This document shows positions 11,730-25,431 of a DNA stretch of 64,000 nucleotides, piece by piece. The position numbers were made by a program, and so were the translations under genes. Numbering within the stretch: the stretch's first letter is position 1; each line of letters starts with the position of its first letter. Location of the stretch: the NCBI GenBank assembly GCA_964016885.1, contig OZ024745.1:81716001-81780000 (forward strand), in the 5' to 3' direction. The notes under the pieces were generated by a model. The model searched no databases. It saw only the letters and a program-made list of their open reading frames with translations, and had not been told where the DNA came from. Origin of the DNA: Eledone cirrhosa (lineage: Eukaryota).

Positions 11730-12889
11730 TATATACAAGACAAATAAAATATTCCTAAAAAAATACAGTACATTGTCTTTGGTATACAAAGTCAGTTCAG
11801 TGTTGAGGAAATTTAGTTTAAATACTTAATTATTCCAAAGACGGCTAGTCAAAACCATTCCATTATGTGCATTCTTCCTCACGCAGGATGCACTCATCCC
11901 AACTTTCCAGAAGAAAATAGAATTTTGGGGACCAAGAACATCAGAAGTGTTGTTGGCACCCGTGCATGAAAAGGAAACAGTTAGTGAAGCCACGGTAGTT
12001 GTCTATCTTCCTTTCCTCCATGCCACAGGCAGCAATACCTGGGTTTGTGGCTGAAATGACAATTTGTAATATTTTATTCACAAATCTTTAAAGGGCAGGA
12101 CAAAATAGCTTGCTGTTATTTTTCTGGCTTTCTGCACACAGTTCAAATTCTGCTGAAGTGAACTTTGCTCTTCATTTTTTAGGCATTGATAAAATAAAAG
12201 CATCAGTCCACGGTAGTGGATTATTGGAATTGATTGAGCATCGAACAAGATGATGCATTATGACATTTACATATCCAGCTATGACCTTCCTAGGTTGTAG
12301 ACTAAATGTTGTCAACCATCACATGAACCCTTGGTGTTTTTAGCAGAGTTCACTTTGTTGCAAGCATTTGGGCCATGTCTTTGGTTTAAGAATATCTTCT
12401 TCTCTCCTTGACTAAATAGTGAAATATGTTTTAGTTAACTTGGTTGAAAATAGCCAGCCTCATCTCAGCTTCTGTCTGATAAAATGTTATTAACAATTAG
12501 ATTTAATTATTTGTTCTTTCTGTCTTTTTATGTTATCTTTGCTGTATGCTGTAGCTATTTTGAGTACTGCTGACAGCTGTGTATACTTGAACAATTTTAA
12601 TTCTGTTTGTTATTTATCTATTGGTGGAAAGGCTGCACTTTAGTCATTTTATCCAAATGTTTCTTCCCTCTGGAAGCTCTTACTTGGACATAGAACAATT
12701 TAACTATAAATCATTTCTTTGAAATATTGTTATCATAGTAGGCAGTTATTTATAAATTTTGTCAATTATTTAAACCTTTTTGATACTGAATTACTAATAA
12801 AATACTGTATTTGAATTAAGAAATTAGGAAGTATTTACTAAAATTATTTTATTATTGAGATGGTGTTTGTAACTTAACAAAATTATCAG

Positions 12890-13135
12890 TCTTTACCTCT
12901 TAGTCATACGTCTTCTACCAAGGTTCTATTCACTTGGAGTTCTCAGCACTTTATATAACTGGCAATTTCTATATGCATCACATGCCTGTTGTACCAGCAC
13001 ATTACATCTGATTCCTTGTGTCCAGCTTTTCCCTCAACTCATTTATGCTCCTAACCCTAACCCTAACATTACATATCCAATGGAGCATGGTTGCTTCATT
13101 TCTTTCTACCTTTTGCAAATCCTCTATATTCAAGA
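12890..13135 (-). mobile_element. Degenerate RTE LINE fragment (post-RT region)
   Basis: Minus strand reads NEATMLHWICNV..SINELREKL, matching the better preserved RTE copies in this window. Confidence 0.7.
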
Positions 13136-13729
13136 TGAACTAAATATTGTACTCTATTCTCTTGTTTCATTCCATTGTTGTTAGTGGTATAATGATTTAG
13201 TTTAGCTCAGTTTTATAAACAAAAATATTTTTGGAACACTATATGTAGGCTTTTTTTTTTTTTTTAATACAAAAAAAAACTTTTTTATGAATCTCTTTAC
13301 TTAGTGAAGGCATGTGGCCTAGAGGCTAGGATGTTGGACTCACAATCATAAGGTCAATACTGAACCTGGTGACACATTGTTTCACATTGTTTTCTATGAT
13401 AACTGGGGGCCTTATCACTAAAAAACATTCAAGAAACCTATGAGATGTAACCATGTAGAAGGCCAACTAAACCTGTATAGATGTGAGCTGTAACAAGATA
13501 AGACTGGGGCCCTCTATCCCTAAAACATCTCAGAAACCTCCTATGAAATATAATTATATAAGAGGCCAGTTAAACCTACATAGGTATGAGCCATAAATTT
13601 CATAATTCATTTCTTTGCATATTTTAATTTTCATCAGCATCATTTAATGTCCATTTTCCATGCTGGCATTTAAATTGATATCATTTTGAAGTGTTTAGAT
13701 AAAATTTAGTTGATTCAGTTCAGGAAATC

Positions 13730-13779
13730 TACAATTTATATTAACTAACACTCAGTAGTGTTAGTTAATATAAATTGTA
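13730..13779. repeat. Perfect palindrome, 23-bp arms, 4-nt loop
   Basis: tacaatttatattaactaacact-cagt-agtgttagttaatataaattgta. Confidence 0.95.
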
Positions 13780-15104
13780 AACTGCATATCTGAACTTTAA
13801 TAAAACTCATTGATTGAAAAATGGAAAAGGTATGGGTTTTTTTTCTCATCGAAAGTGTAATGCAATACAAGTCTTAAAATCAGAGCTTTCCAAAGTTTAC
13901 ACACTTTCAAAAGATATATTTTGTGCCACATTAAGTTTTGTTAGGCATTCATGACTATCCTTCCACTATTACTATTTAGTAGCTATCCCATCACTGTATG
14001 CACCACTCCTCTTAAAGCCTAAGACCTCCTCCTCTACTCTCTCCAAGATCACCCTCCTCCCACTCACCACATAGCATACATCTAACATAATTTCTCATCT
14101 CTTCCACCTGCCATACACCCATGACAGCATACTTATCTTTTTTATCTCCGTTTATCATCCTAATCTCCCTCCTTATAGGGTAAAGAGGGGGCTTGCCATT
14201 TCGATCAATAACTGATCTAATGCTGGTGCCATGATAAACACACCCAGTACACTCTGTAAAGTGATTGATGGTAAGGAAGAGCATCCAGCTGTTGAAAGCT
14301 TGCCAAATAAAGGGTCAGGAGAATTCTTCAGTTGGGTAAAAAATATAACAACCTCTAGTAATACAATAAAATGCACCTGTAGTGTGGGAACATACACAAG
14401 ATGGCCTCCCTCCTCATCTAAAAGGTCAGTAGTGATAGCCTGTTTAACTCTTGCTAGCAGGGAGAATGAAGGTTACATGATGATGGTGATGACACAAAAT
14501 AAACAAAATTAATAAATAATATATCGCATGTCACATAATTATGTGTTTAATTGTATGCAAAACTGTCAGGTCTGAAATATACTTAGCAGTTAATATTTGT
14601 AAAAATAGATCATATTAGGTATAATTTCACCTAAATATTATTGGTGACACACAGTTTGGAAACATATAGTCTAGTAAATATTGAATACAGAAAAACAGCT
14701 TGTAGCAACAAAACTGGACGAGCAAATGTAGTGCTATTTGGAACAGGGTTTGTCCAAATAACGTTATTAGTGAGCTGTCATTGTAATGGGCAATAACACG
14801 ACAATATAAATGTCTTTTTTGCTGGGTCCAGAGTGCCATAGAGAGAAACTTTTTTTTTTTAAGTATGCCAAATCCATCCCTATGAAGTAATTGATAAAAT
14901 TTACAAATCTAATACATTTATTTTTTTTCTGCTAATCCCAATCACAGCAATTAAACAATTTTTGCAGCGAATGCCAAAATCAGAAATCAAGTTATATCTT
15001 CAAAATTAGATGCTTTCTTTGAATAGTTTTAACTCCATCAGTTGCAGCTTGCCAAAACAATTCCAACGAGCTATAAATGACTTATCTGTGTCAAATTTTT
15101 CCAG

Positions 15105-15580
15105 AGATATTAATTTATCCCCAAATTTGGCATTCTCAGTGCACTGTGCAACGGTGACTTCATAATCATTGTAGGCGACTTTAATGGGCATGCTGGGAAA
15201 TACTGTGATGGCTTTGAAGTGATCCATGGGGGTAATGGATTTGGTGTTAGAAATGAAGGTTACAGACTTCTGGAATTCTGTGACACCAATGATCTATTTA
15301 TTTGTAACATAAACTTCAGAAAACCAGACAATCACTTGATCAGGTGAGCATGCCAGCCGGATAGATTTTTTTTTTATCTTCAGCAGAAGACGAGATAGTG
15401 ACAGTTGTAAGTGACCAAATAGTTAGGGTTAGACGAATGCAATGCAGGAGAAGAATATGGAAGTTAAATGACCCTGCAGCCAGTACCAAATTTAGAGGTG
15501 TGTTACTTGATGCTTTTGACATTAAGGAAGAGCAAATAGAGACACACGATATAGAAGAGCAGTGAAGATAACCTACTAAA
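15105..15580 (+). mobile_element. RTE LINE AP-endonuclease fragment (decayed)
   Basis: Reads IIVGDFNGHAGKYCDGFEVIHGGNGFGVRNEG..LLEFCDTNDL, homologous to the endonuclease at 63640-63830. Confidence 0.8.
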
Positions 15581-15721
15581 GGCACGGGTTGAACCATACA
15601 TCCAGTATGTACCACTTTCCCTGTAACACTCTATCCATGTCCTAGCATCCTACCCTCCTCCCACATCTTAATACTCTACGCTTCACCTACAACCTTAACC
15701 CCTCTAACCCCAGGCCTCGGT

Positions 15722-16128
15722 CCACACTGTAAAGTGGTCGTTTTGATGCCACAACAAAAAGCACCCAGCCCACACTGTAAAGTGATTGCGTTGGTGTCAC
15801 GACAAAAAGCGCCCAGCCTACACTTTAAAGTGGTCGTGATAGTCTCACGATAAAAAGCACCCAGCCCACACTTTAAAGTGGTCGTGATAGTCTCACGATA
15901 AAAAGCACCCAGCCCACATTTTAAAGTGGTTGTTTTGGTGCCATGATAAAATGCACTCAGTCTACACTGTAAATGTGGTTGGCATTAGGAAGGTCATCGA
16001 TCTGTAGAAACCAAGCCAGAAACAGTTCTGTGTGAGCAAGACATGGTCACCTGATCTGACTTGTCTCAAATGGGACTTGTCTAACCCTTGGTAGCATGTA
16101 AAAATGGACATTAAATGGTGGTGATGTT
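15722..16128 (+). repeat. Five tandem 48-bp units running into an RTE/SINE-type 3' tail
   Basis: Units start at 15722, 15770, 15818, 15866 and 15914. A sixth start at 15962 continues into ggcattaggaaggtcatc and the tail ggacattaaatggtggtgatg. Confidence 0.9.
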
Positions 16129-17754
16129 AAAGGTATGTGCGCGCGCACACGCATGCATGCACATGTGTGTGTGTGTATATGAATTTGAGAGCAACTGATT
16201 AGATAGTGGTCTGTGAGTGCAAAAAAAAAAAAAAGCCTTTATAATAGCGTTTATATTTAGTTGAAAATTGTTTGTTTAAAAAAAAAAAAAAAAGAAGCAT
16301 CTGATAAAAGGTGAACTTAGGAATGGAAATGAGACATGCAAATAGTTATCATCAGAGATAGACTGTTAATGGAAATAATGATAGAAATTATAACAATTAA
16401 AATTATCTATTAGTGAAATATTATTCTTCACATCTTACAATGATTTTGCAGAAAATATGTTTAATTCAAATGCTTACAGTATCTTTACTAATTGACAGTA
16501 AACTAAAATACTTCAATTTGTTTTGAGATGCAGTCATAATGTTGGTTTGTACCTTTCAAGAATGTCTTGCCTATGCAGTTTCATGTGGCACAGGATGTTA
16601 AGAGTTAAACTAGCCTAATTTCATCATATGGCATAAGTTCTATTGTTTTTTTGGAATTGTGAATATTAATGTAAGCTATAAGTTACGATTATTCTATTTA
16701 TAATATTTCTAGTCTGTTCACTACCACCACCACCATCATCATCATTGTTTTTACATTTGTTTTTCTCTGCATGCATTGGTTGAATGTCACTTTTTGAGGA
16801 AGTATTCCTAAAACTAGATGCCCATCCTGATACAAGTCCATACATAGTTTTATTTGTATAGTATATATAACTCATCTTTACCGATGGGATGTATTGCTTA
16901 GACAAGACAACAAATATCACTAGCTGCCTTAAATGTTGTCAGTATGAAGACACGTGTGTATATATTCATGTGTACATATGTGTGTCTGTATGTATATATC
17001 ATCATATCCACTTTTCCTTACTGGCATGAGATGGATGAAAGTTTTGAGTCTTACAGCTGGATGCCCTTTCTGATACCAACCCATTTAGTTGCTTTATTCA
17101 ACATGCAGGGATACAGTGTACATATTTTAAAAGCTGGGATACACATGCACATATTTATGTTTGTGTATACATATACGTGTATGTGTGTGGGTAAATACAC
17201 ACGCACGTAAGAGTCTTTAGAAGTTTTGTTTGCCAAATTTATTCAGTGAATCAAGACTATAGAAAACATTTGTTGAAGGTTTTATGCAGTAGGGTGCAAT
17301 CCCAAGCCACATAATTAAGCACATTTCTGATCCCCACAGCCATGCATTTTGTGACACCAAGGTGCCATACAGTAAAATGGAACCAAAAGCCTCAGCAAAC
17401 TGAACTTCTCAACCACTGAAGCATGCCTGTGCCTAATATTTTGTTGAGTCATATTAAATCCATCTGAAATTTTATACCTTAAATGTTAACATTAGCAGTT
17501 TTATATACAATGTTAATTTGAGAAGTCCGAAGTTGCTTCTAATTCTTAGTTTTCTTAAATATCTGAATTTCAAGTGAAAGTAATGGGTAGTTATCCTACT
17601 GGCAACATTTATAGATGAAAATATATTTTAGTAATGGTTTGTGTAATTGATTCTGTCAACTGGGTGTGGTATATTTAATAGTTGTCTCTTGTTCATAACA
17701 TTTAATCCAACACCACTTGATTTGTCTTTCCCCTCCACTTCCCTTTCCTTTCTT

Positions 17755-18550
17755 GTGTGTGGGTTCATATGTATGTACACCTGTATATGTGCATTAACAT
17801 GTATATCCCTGTATTGTATATCTGTGTGTGTGTGTGTGTGCACATGTGTATATCTGTGTATGTGTACATGTGTATATCTGTGTATGTGTACATGTGTATA
17901 TCTGTTTGTATATTAATGTGTGTATTATATGCATGCATACATACACGCACATACACACACATATGTGTATCTCCTGAAAATATCCCAGTTAACATTTTAG
18001 TTGTTTTTATCTTCACTTTAGCTCTTACTGACCAGATGAGTGAAGAACTCATTGTGACATTTGGAAGTTGTTCAAGCAACAATTTCAAACAACACAGTAA
18101 CGAGATACATTTATTGCCCCACCTTTTACAATTGAGACACAAAGCTCCCTCATCCTGTTAATAGGTATAATCCTGATTATTCAATATTTTACAATAAATA
18201 TGAGCTGAGATGTGTGCGTGTGTGTGTAAAATATATATATGATTAGTATATTTAGAGTGATTCCTAAGCTGTAGTTCTAATATTTATGTGTATTTACACA
18301 CACACACACATCCATGTTAGTGTGGAAAATAGATGTTAAATGCTGGTATATATATATATATATGTATTTATGTGTGTGTGTGTGTGTATATACACACGTG
18401 TGTGTGTATATGTGTATATACACACGTGTATATACATGTGTGTATATACACACGTGTGTATATGTGTGTATATACACACATGTGTGTGTATATATGTGTG
18501 TGTATATACACACACGTGTGTGTATATATGTGTGTGTATATACATATGTA
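17755..18550. repeat. Two compound TG/TA/CA microsatellite blocks (about 17755-17965 and 18285-18550)
   Basis: Alternating purine-pyrimidine low-complexity sequence. Confidence 0.9.
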
Positions 18551-21500
18551 CCCAAGATTCATATTGTATATATTCCCTGGAGGGGAGAAGTTTTGGAATC
18601 ACTGGTTTATACAATGTTTTGAGTGCCATCTTCTTTTGAAAACACATTTCTTATGTTTAATTTAAAAACAAAAATTGAAATAATTGTTTTATTTAGCTAT
18701 AATATCAATGTTAAGTGACAATTTTTAAATAGTGTTTACTTTAATTATATGACCCGTTATACAAGTAGGAAATAATTTTTAGAATTTTGTCTTTCTGTGC
18801 CTTATAAATATTTTCATGAGAATTGTTCTGATGTGCTTTCCTCTTTGTTGCCTTGTCTTCACAAATTTAAATGGAGCACCAATTGATGCAAAAATTTGAA
18901 TACATTATTTGTCATCTCTCCTTGAATCATGTTCTCTCTGTCTTGTCCTTTTCTCTTTTCAGTAACCCCTTGTATTTTAGTGGCTTTATTGTCTTGTTTG
19001 AGTGAGAAAAAAGAAAAAAAGAAAAAAAGTTTACTTTGATTGTATGACCCATGTTAGTCTTTGCCAGCAAGAATAAAAATGTTAGTTACTTGGTTTTTTG
19101 TTTTTTTTGGACATGTATTTTCGTATTTGTTATTGGGTAAAGTTTTAAGATAAGTAGCAAGGAAGAGATTGTGAGGGGAAATGTTTTTTAGTAACTGTAA
19201 CTACTCTGGTTAGGCTTATGGCATGAAGAACTTTGAAAGAAGTAACTTGTAGGTTTTGCACCTATGCCAAGCTTCAGTTTGGACTGAGACTATTGCTATA
19301 TATTCTGCTTACAATGAGAGGTTGTGTGTTCAAAAGTTCTGAATGGGTAAGGTGAACTTGGCCAGTGCATAGTATACTTAGCTCTTATCATTTAATAGCA
19401 ATTCTCAGGAGCTTTCAACTTTGGCTTATGACAAGTTAACAAAAATGGTTATATTGCTTCTTTGTATTAGCTTGATTCTTTTTTAAATTGCTTACCATAT
19501 TGGAAACCATATGTAATGTAAAACCTGGGGCATTTTTGTGCTCTTTGCAAAGTTAATCAAAATAACAAGTAAAGGTAAATTGCATTGCTAGATAGTCTTA
19601 TTAAAGGACTCAATATAATGTTTGGTGTGGATCGGGGTGGGGTGGGGGGCTTGTACTTGATGTGAAGAGATATCAAGTTGTTTAGTTTTTGGTTGACTGT
19701 TCTTGTTCTGGTTGAACTATATGATTATGATCACCCTGTCTTTGTACATACTATATTTATGATTAGATTATCCAATGCGTCCTTTCTGTTTAAGACAATA
19801 GAATATGATTTGACAAAGATTTAGCTGCTGTTTCAAGCGAGTCAAATGATCACTTCAAGGCCCCATGCTTTGGTTCGTGCAAGAAATATCTGGTAGTTTC
19901 ACATGGAAGTGAGCTGTCTTTAGTAATTATGGAGCAGCAATCCAAAATAGTAATGGTTTAAAAATTGCCAGAGTGAACAATCCTAAGTGAATTGATATCT
20001 TGGGAGAGACTCAAGCAATTTGTTTATCCTATTATGTGGAACTATTTTTCTTTTCTCTCTTGCTTCTGAAATATTTGTGAATTTCTTTTATGCTTATTCT
20101 TTTGGACAGCTTTTAAAAATCTACTAATGGAATTACATTTTGAATCCTTCCGACTAAAAAGCTTTCTACATTCTGTATAACATGATTTAAATCTCTATAT
20201 TATTTTGTTACGTGATTAAATGTCCATATTATCCAGTTTTTATTTTACATAATTCTCTTGTTTATGCATTGACTTGACAATTGGCTTTTATTCTTTGAGG
20301 AACTGATAAAATCGAAGTGTAAATAATATTTAAAAATAAAATTATTGATAGTTTCATTTTCATATCATCTCCTTAAGGATTTGTTCAATTTATGCTTTGA
20401 CAACCTAAATATTTTGTCTATTTCTGTCAAATATTAGATGATTCAGGTGAGATTACTGTTTTATCATAGAAACAATCAGTTGCAGTGTTAGTATGCTACT
20501 ACAAACCTGTACTGTTTTCTGATAAATAGATGCTTGAATCATGAAGTAGTCACAATTGTTAGTCTCACTAATATGAATGTTTACTATGTCTGATCCAAAC
20601 TTTTCCAATGAATGAGGCCACTCAGGAATATCTTCAACCTACTTTGTCAATTGTTAAAGTAAGCTTTTGTGAAGATAGAAAGAAAATAAAAATCTCTTAT
20701 GTAATCTTTGTCTTATTTTATAATCATCTTAATTTATTAATAGCATTCTGTAGTAGCAATCTGCTGATATTGAATAATTTCTTTCCTTGCTTTATCCTGG
20801 CCACTAATTTTTTTTAACCGTTTATCTTAACCCATTCCAGGTGTTTGCTTTACCTGTTTTGAAACTATTCTAGTTATTTCTCTCTTGTGAGTTCTATCTA
20901 CTTAATATAAGAAACTCTAGCTTCTATTTCTTTTTTCTCGTATCTGGGTTTTACTTGAATCAATTATTATTCATGTGTATTTATGCAAACATAGCTGTAT
21001 AAAAATGATATAAGTGCAGTTTGTTTTCATAAAAATCTTTTTCAAAGAAACAAAATTTGAAAATGACATTTTCGTTTCTACATTACTTTTTTTTATTTTT
21101 TTATTTTGTTCATTTGTTCTGCTCACCACTTTTCATACATACAACATACAATGTATTCACTATTTTTCTTTTTGTCAGTCTACTATGGTGGAGGGAAGTT
21201 ATGTAATAGTTATAATTACACAATTAAATTAATTTAATCACAAAGTATATTATGGTAATTATATGCAGGTTTTCATTGTCAATGTTGTGTGATATTGAAT
21301 TTAAAAGAACATTTTTCATATTAATAGAAATATGTTTAAATCAATTTGCTATTCTTTTTCAACATTAACAGGCTTTAATATTGTTTCTACTAAGCAGTTG
21401 TACAGGTGAATGAGTTTAATAAATTAAGGGGAAGTTGAAAAATGAATATACTCAAAGGCATGGTTAAGAATTTCACTTTGAAACCATCAGGTTCAGTCTC

Positions 21501-22124
21501 ACTGTGTGGCACCTTGTGCAAGTTGTCTTCTTGATAAATGCCTTGTGAGTGAAATTTAGTAGATAGAAACTGTGCAGAAGTCTGTTTGTGTGTGTGTTCT
21601 ATAAAGAGTTGTAATTAAATACTGTAATGCATTTTGTCTGACATTCTATTGAAATAAACTTATATCTAACCCATGCTAGCGTGGAAGATAGACGTTAAAC
21701 GATGATGATGATGATGATGTATGATTAAACAAATAAAGATGGAAGAATTATATAATAGAAATATAAAAGAATAATATAATAGAAAAGAAATGAAAAGTAT
21801 TCCTGTGAATGTATGTTAATGATGGTAAGTGAAACTAGAATTAAAGAAAACTCATAAATAGAAAAATAAGTTGTCAAAGTTCCATCATTGGAGTAAATGT
21901 CATGAATATTCCCAAATTTCATTTTGATTCTTCTAGTATGTAATAAATGTTAGAAATTTCTCCACACTTTGATTGTACATGTATTACTCTATTTCAAGTA
22001 AGATTGCAGAGGAACTAGTAGTAGTATTTGCTCTACAACTCCAAGTAGGATTGATTTGCTCAACAGATGATTTAGTAGTATTTACTCATCAGCTCTAAGT
22101 AGGATTGACTTGTTAAGGCTTCTC

Positions 22125-22520
22125 CTCCTCAAACCAATTATTTCGGAGAAGGTTGTTGGGGCAGACCCCTCAAACACTTCTTCCAGCGGGTCTTGTTGGA
22201 AATCTCCAATTGATCTGGCTAGATCCCCAAGTGAGACCAGCTGAGCTCATGGATGTTATCCAACCATCTTGCTCGGGGCCTACCCCTGGCTCTCCTGCTG
22301 GTTGGTTTTGCCTGTAAAATCTGTCCAGCAATTCTTTCCTGGGTCATTCTAACCACATGCCCATAGTATCAGATCTGTGATCTTTCAATTTGGAAAAGTA
22401 GCACCTTTAGCTGGAGCATCTTTCTGATTTCCAATCTATTCAGTCTGAGTAACGTTACTCCAAATACCTTTGAGAGGAACCCTATTTTGGTTGCTTGTAT
22501 TCACGATCGTATTCTTTTGG
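22125..22520 (-). mobile_element. RTE-type LINE 3' fragment of a different subfamily
   Basis: Minus strand reads YYGHVVRMTQERIAGQILQAKPTSRRARGRPRARWLDNI. Confidence 0.75.
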
Positions 22521-22894
22521 TCAGAAAAATACCTGTGTATCATACTTGAAAAGAATGGACTGATGGTTTCGGGAATGGTTTAGAAGTGAAGAAATTTATA
22601 TTTTGTGATTTTTTTTTTTATGTGCCACTCCTCACTTTGCTGTTTTCTCTCTGAATCATACTCGAACACCTATTGTTTATCTCTTGATATTACTTTATCC
22701 AAAAAATTTGGGTAAATTTCAAGTCTTCCTAGCAAATCCTGATAAATTTTCAATCAGTTTGCATTTTGTTCCAGAGACAAGTGTTTGGGCATTAGTTTTG
22801 TGCAAATTTTTTGCATGTGTAAATGGTCTGTTAAAATTCTGTGAACTGCATTTTTATCCAAGCCTGTTTCTTCTGCAACCATCCTAATAATTAA

Positions 22895-23334
22895 TCAGTG
22901 ATCTTTTGCCATCCCTGCTTGCACCACTTCCATGTTTTGTTCATTTGTTAAGATTGGCCTTCCAAAATGAGGTTTGCCTTCAACATTTTCTTGGCCCTCT
23001 TTGAAAGCTTTGTGCCACTTAAAAATCACTTCTTGACAGAGTGGCATCTCCATAAGCTTGTGTTCAAGAATTGTTTTGGTGGCAGATTTGTTCAGTTTCA
23101 CACACAATTTAATCACATATCGTTGTTTGATATTTTCCTGCATTGCAAACACAACAGAGGTTATAAACATGTCTGTACATAAACAGCAATAACTCACAAC
23201 TGACTTATTCAATCATGTTGAGACAAGTATGTGCATGCAGCCAAAGTCATAACCAACACAACCTATATACATCGAGGTGCTGTGGTACCATGTTGTACAT
23301 AGAAAAACCAATACCCTGACTTTTGGGACATGTA
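22895..23334 (-). mobile_element. mariner 5' fragment (HTH region)
   Basis: MQENIKQRYVIKLCVKLNKSATKT..FKWHKAFKEGQENVEGKPHFGRP. A putative terminus abuts a TA/TG microsatellite near 23330. Confidence 0.8.
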
Positions 23335-24166
23335 TATATGTGTATATGTATGTGTGTGTGTGTGTGTATGTATGTGTGTGTGTGTGTGTGTACATCAAGA
23401 GTATGTTTATCCATATATATATATAAAAGAAAAATAACAATTGTCAGTTTAGGGAACATTCTGTATAGTGTCATCTAAAGAACAGACATTTCTACATATA
23501 GCAATATGTCTGAGCAGTTGATGGATTTTGTTTCGTGGCTAACTTACTGCTCTGATGCATCTAACCTATCTAGAGTTCTGGTTCCCTGTTATCTTCAAAA
23601 CCTTTTTATGTATCCATTGCTTACATAAAATGGGAAACAACATTTTCCTAGTGCGGGGATATTTATTTGTTGATCTCTAGTCACTTGCCATCCTCATCGC
23701 TGATGGTCGGAGACCATGGACAATTGCATCAAGACTAATCTCTATGATGCTGTATGTCCATGATTCTCATCAGGAAAAAGTGACGTTGGCGGGTCCAGAA
23801 TTTCCAATCCATCCATCACTCAGAAACTGGCCACCAAGCCATAGCTCATCTGCCTTCATCACAAGGATGAAGCTGTTGGCCACTTGAAAGGTTGTCACCA
23901 AGGTGACTAAGGAGTCCCATCTACCCCAGTTTTGAAATCAGTGTTTCTTCACGTAGACATATTCCCAACCAAGGCTAATGAATTCATTCTTTGTTAGTAT
24001 ATAACTAATATTTTAGTCTTTGCTATGTTGACCTTTAAGCCTTCTGATTATAGATGATTCTTTCATTTACTGTTTACCTATTGCTTTTTGACCTATGCTG
24101 TTTTAAGAACTGTAATGAATAGAATGATAGTGAAAACTGTTTTGATTAACAATACCTGTACATACG

Positions 24167-24200
<34 letters not shown>

Positions 24201-24437
24201 TCATGGAAATCTATTGCCAATTCTTTTATCTTATGTATCTGCATTACAGTTTGGAAGTATTGATGTGCTCCACATTCAAATATGAATGACATTTCAGATA
24301 AGGTGATAGGAAGATGTATAAAGTAGCCAGCTTCAATTTGAATAGATCATTTTGAATGATGGAGAAAAACTTTCTAAACTCCTATCAAATGTTAAAACAC
24401 TTTTTGTTCAATGAGCTCAGCAACAGTGAAAGATGAT

Positions 24438-24825
24438 ATCATCATAATTTCATTTTACGTCCCCTTTTCCCTGCTTGCAAGGGTGGGACGGGAACTGATT
24501 CTGGCTTGATTTCTACAGCTGGATGCCCTTCCTAACACCAACCTCATTTACAGTGAGTGCTGGGTGCTTTTTTTCCGTGGCGCCTACACGTCCACTTTAC
24601 AGTGTGGGCTGGGTGCTTTTTTTGCCGTGGCACCTCCACGACCACTTTGCAGTGGAATGATATGGACCCCAGTCCCTATCATCTCATTTCTACAGCCGAG
24701 TAAACTGGAGTAATGTGAAATAAAGTGTCTTGCTCAAGGAAACAACACATCACCCAGTCTGATAATTGAACTCGCAACCTTTCGATTGCAAGGCCAATGC
24801 TCTAAGCACTAAACCATGTGCCTCC
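24438..24825 (-). mobile_element. Family-B SINE, full length, with two internal ~48-bp units
   Basis: Near identical to 9340-9690 plus one extra gctgggtgctttt..ccactttacagtg unit. Confidence 0.9.
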
Positions 24826-25047
24826 GTCTATTTACCAGGGAAATGATACAAAGGATTGAAGCTGATTACAATTCTACACAAGCTCGCCAAACATGCCATG
24901 TCCGACTGGTGGAAGTCTCTTCTGATGTAATCTTACTCAGGTGCTTCAGATCAACTGAAATTATTATAACTAATTGATTGCAGTTAACATTCTTCATAAT
25001 GAAAAGCTTTGAGAGACTGGTCTTGATCCACATACAAATCAAAGATA

Positions 25048-25123
25048 GTTGGTGGGACCATTCCAGCTATAGATATGTTGGTGGGACCATTCCAGCTGTA
25101 GAGGGGTTGGTGGGACCATTCCA
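25048..25123. repeat. 29-bp minisatellite, about 2.6 copies
   Basis: gttggtgggaccattcca starts at 25048, 25077 and 25106. Confidence 0.9.
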
Positions 25124-25218
25124 ATTGGAAATAAGTTATGGAGATGCATTTGAAGTTGTAGAATCAGTATGAAGACATCTTTTCTATTGCAGCCATTATA
25201 TGTGCACACCTTTCCCTA

Positions 25219-25430
25219 CAGCTGTAGAAATGAGATGATAGGGACTGGGGTCCCTATCATTCCACTGTAAAGTGGTCGTGGAGGTGCCACGGCAAAAAAG
25301 CACCCAGCACTGTAAATGAGGTTGGTGTTAGGAAGGGCATTCAGCTGTAGAAATCAAGCCAGAATCAGTTCCCGTCCCACCCTTGCAAGCAGGGAAAAGG
25401 CGGACGTAAAATGAAATGATGATGATGATG

Positions 25431-25431
<1 letters not shown>
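25219..25431 (+). mobile_element. 5'-truncated family-B SINE
   Basis: Reverse complement of the 3' part of the 9340 and 24438 copies. Its (GAT)n tail runs into (AT)n. Confidence 0.9.

Noticed and set aside
13032-13048. Telomere-like (CCCTAA)n
   Set aside because: Fewer than three units, lying inside a decayed RTE coding fragment. Most simply a local slippage.
15722-15975. CRISPR-like array
   Set aside because: The variable parts are homologous to each other rather than unique spacers. There are no cas genes, the context is eukaryotic, and the unit is part of SINE/LINE 3' sequence.
17628-18665. Cluster of overlapping Cys/Val/Tyr/His-rich ORFs
   Set aside because: These are translations of TG/TA/CA microsatellites. 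The same applies to 23213-23474, 35118-35423 and 62982-63336.
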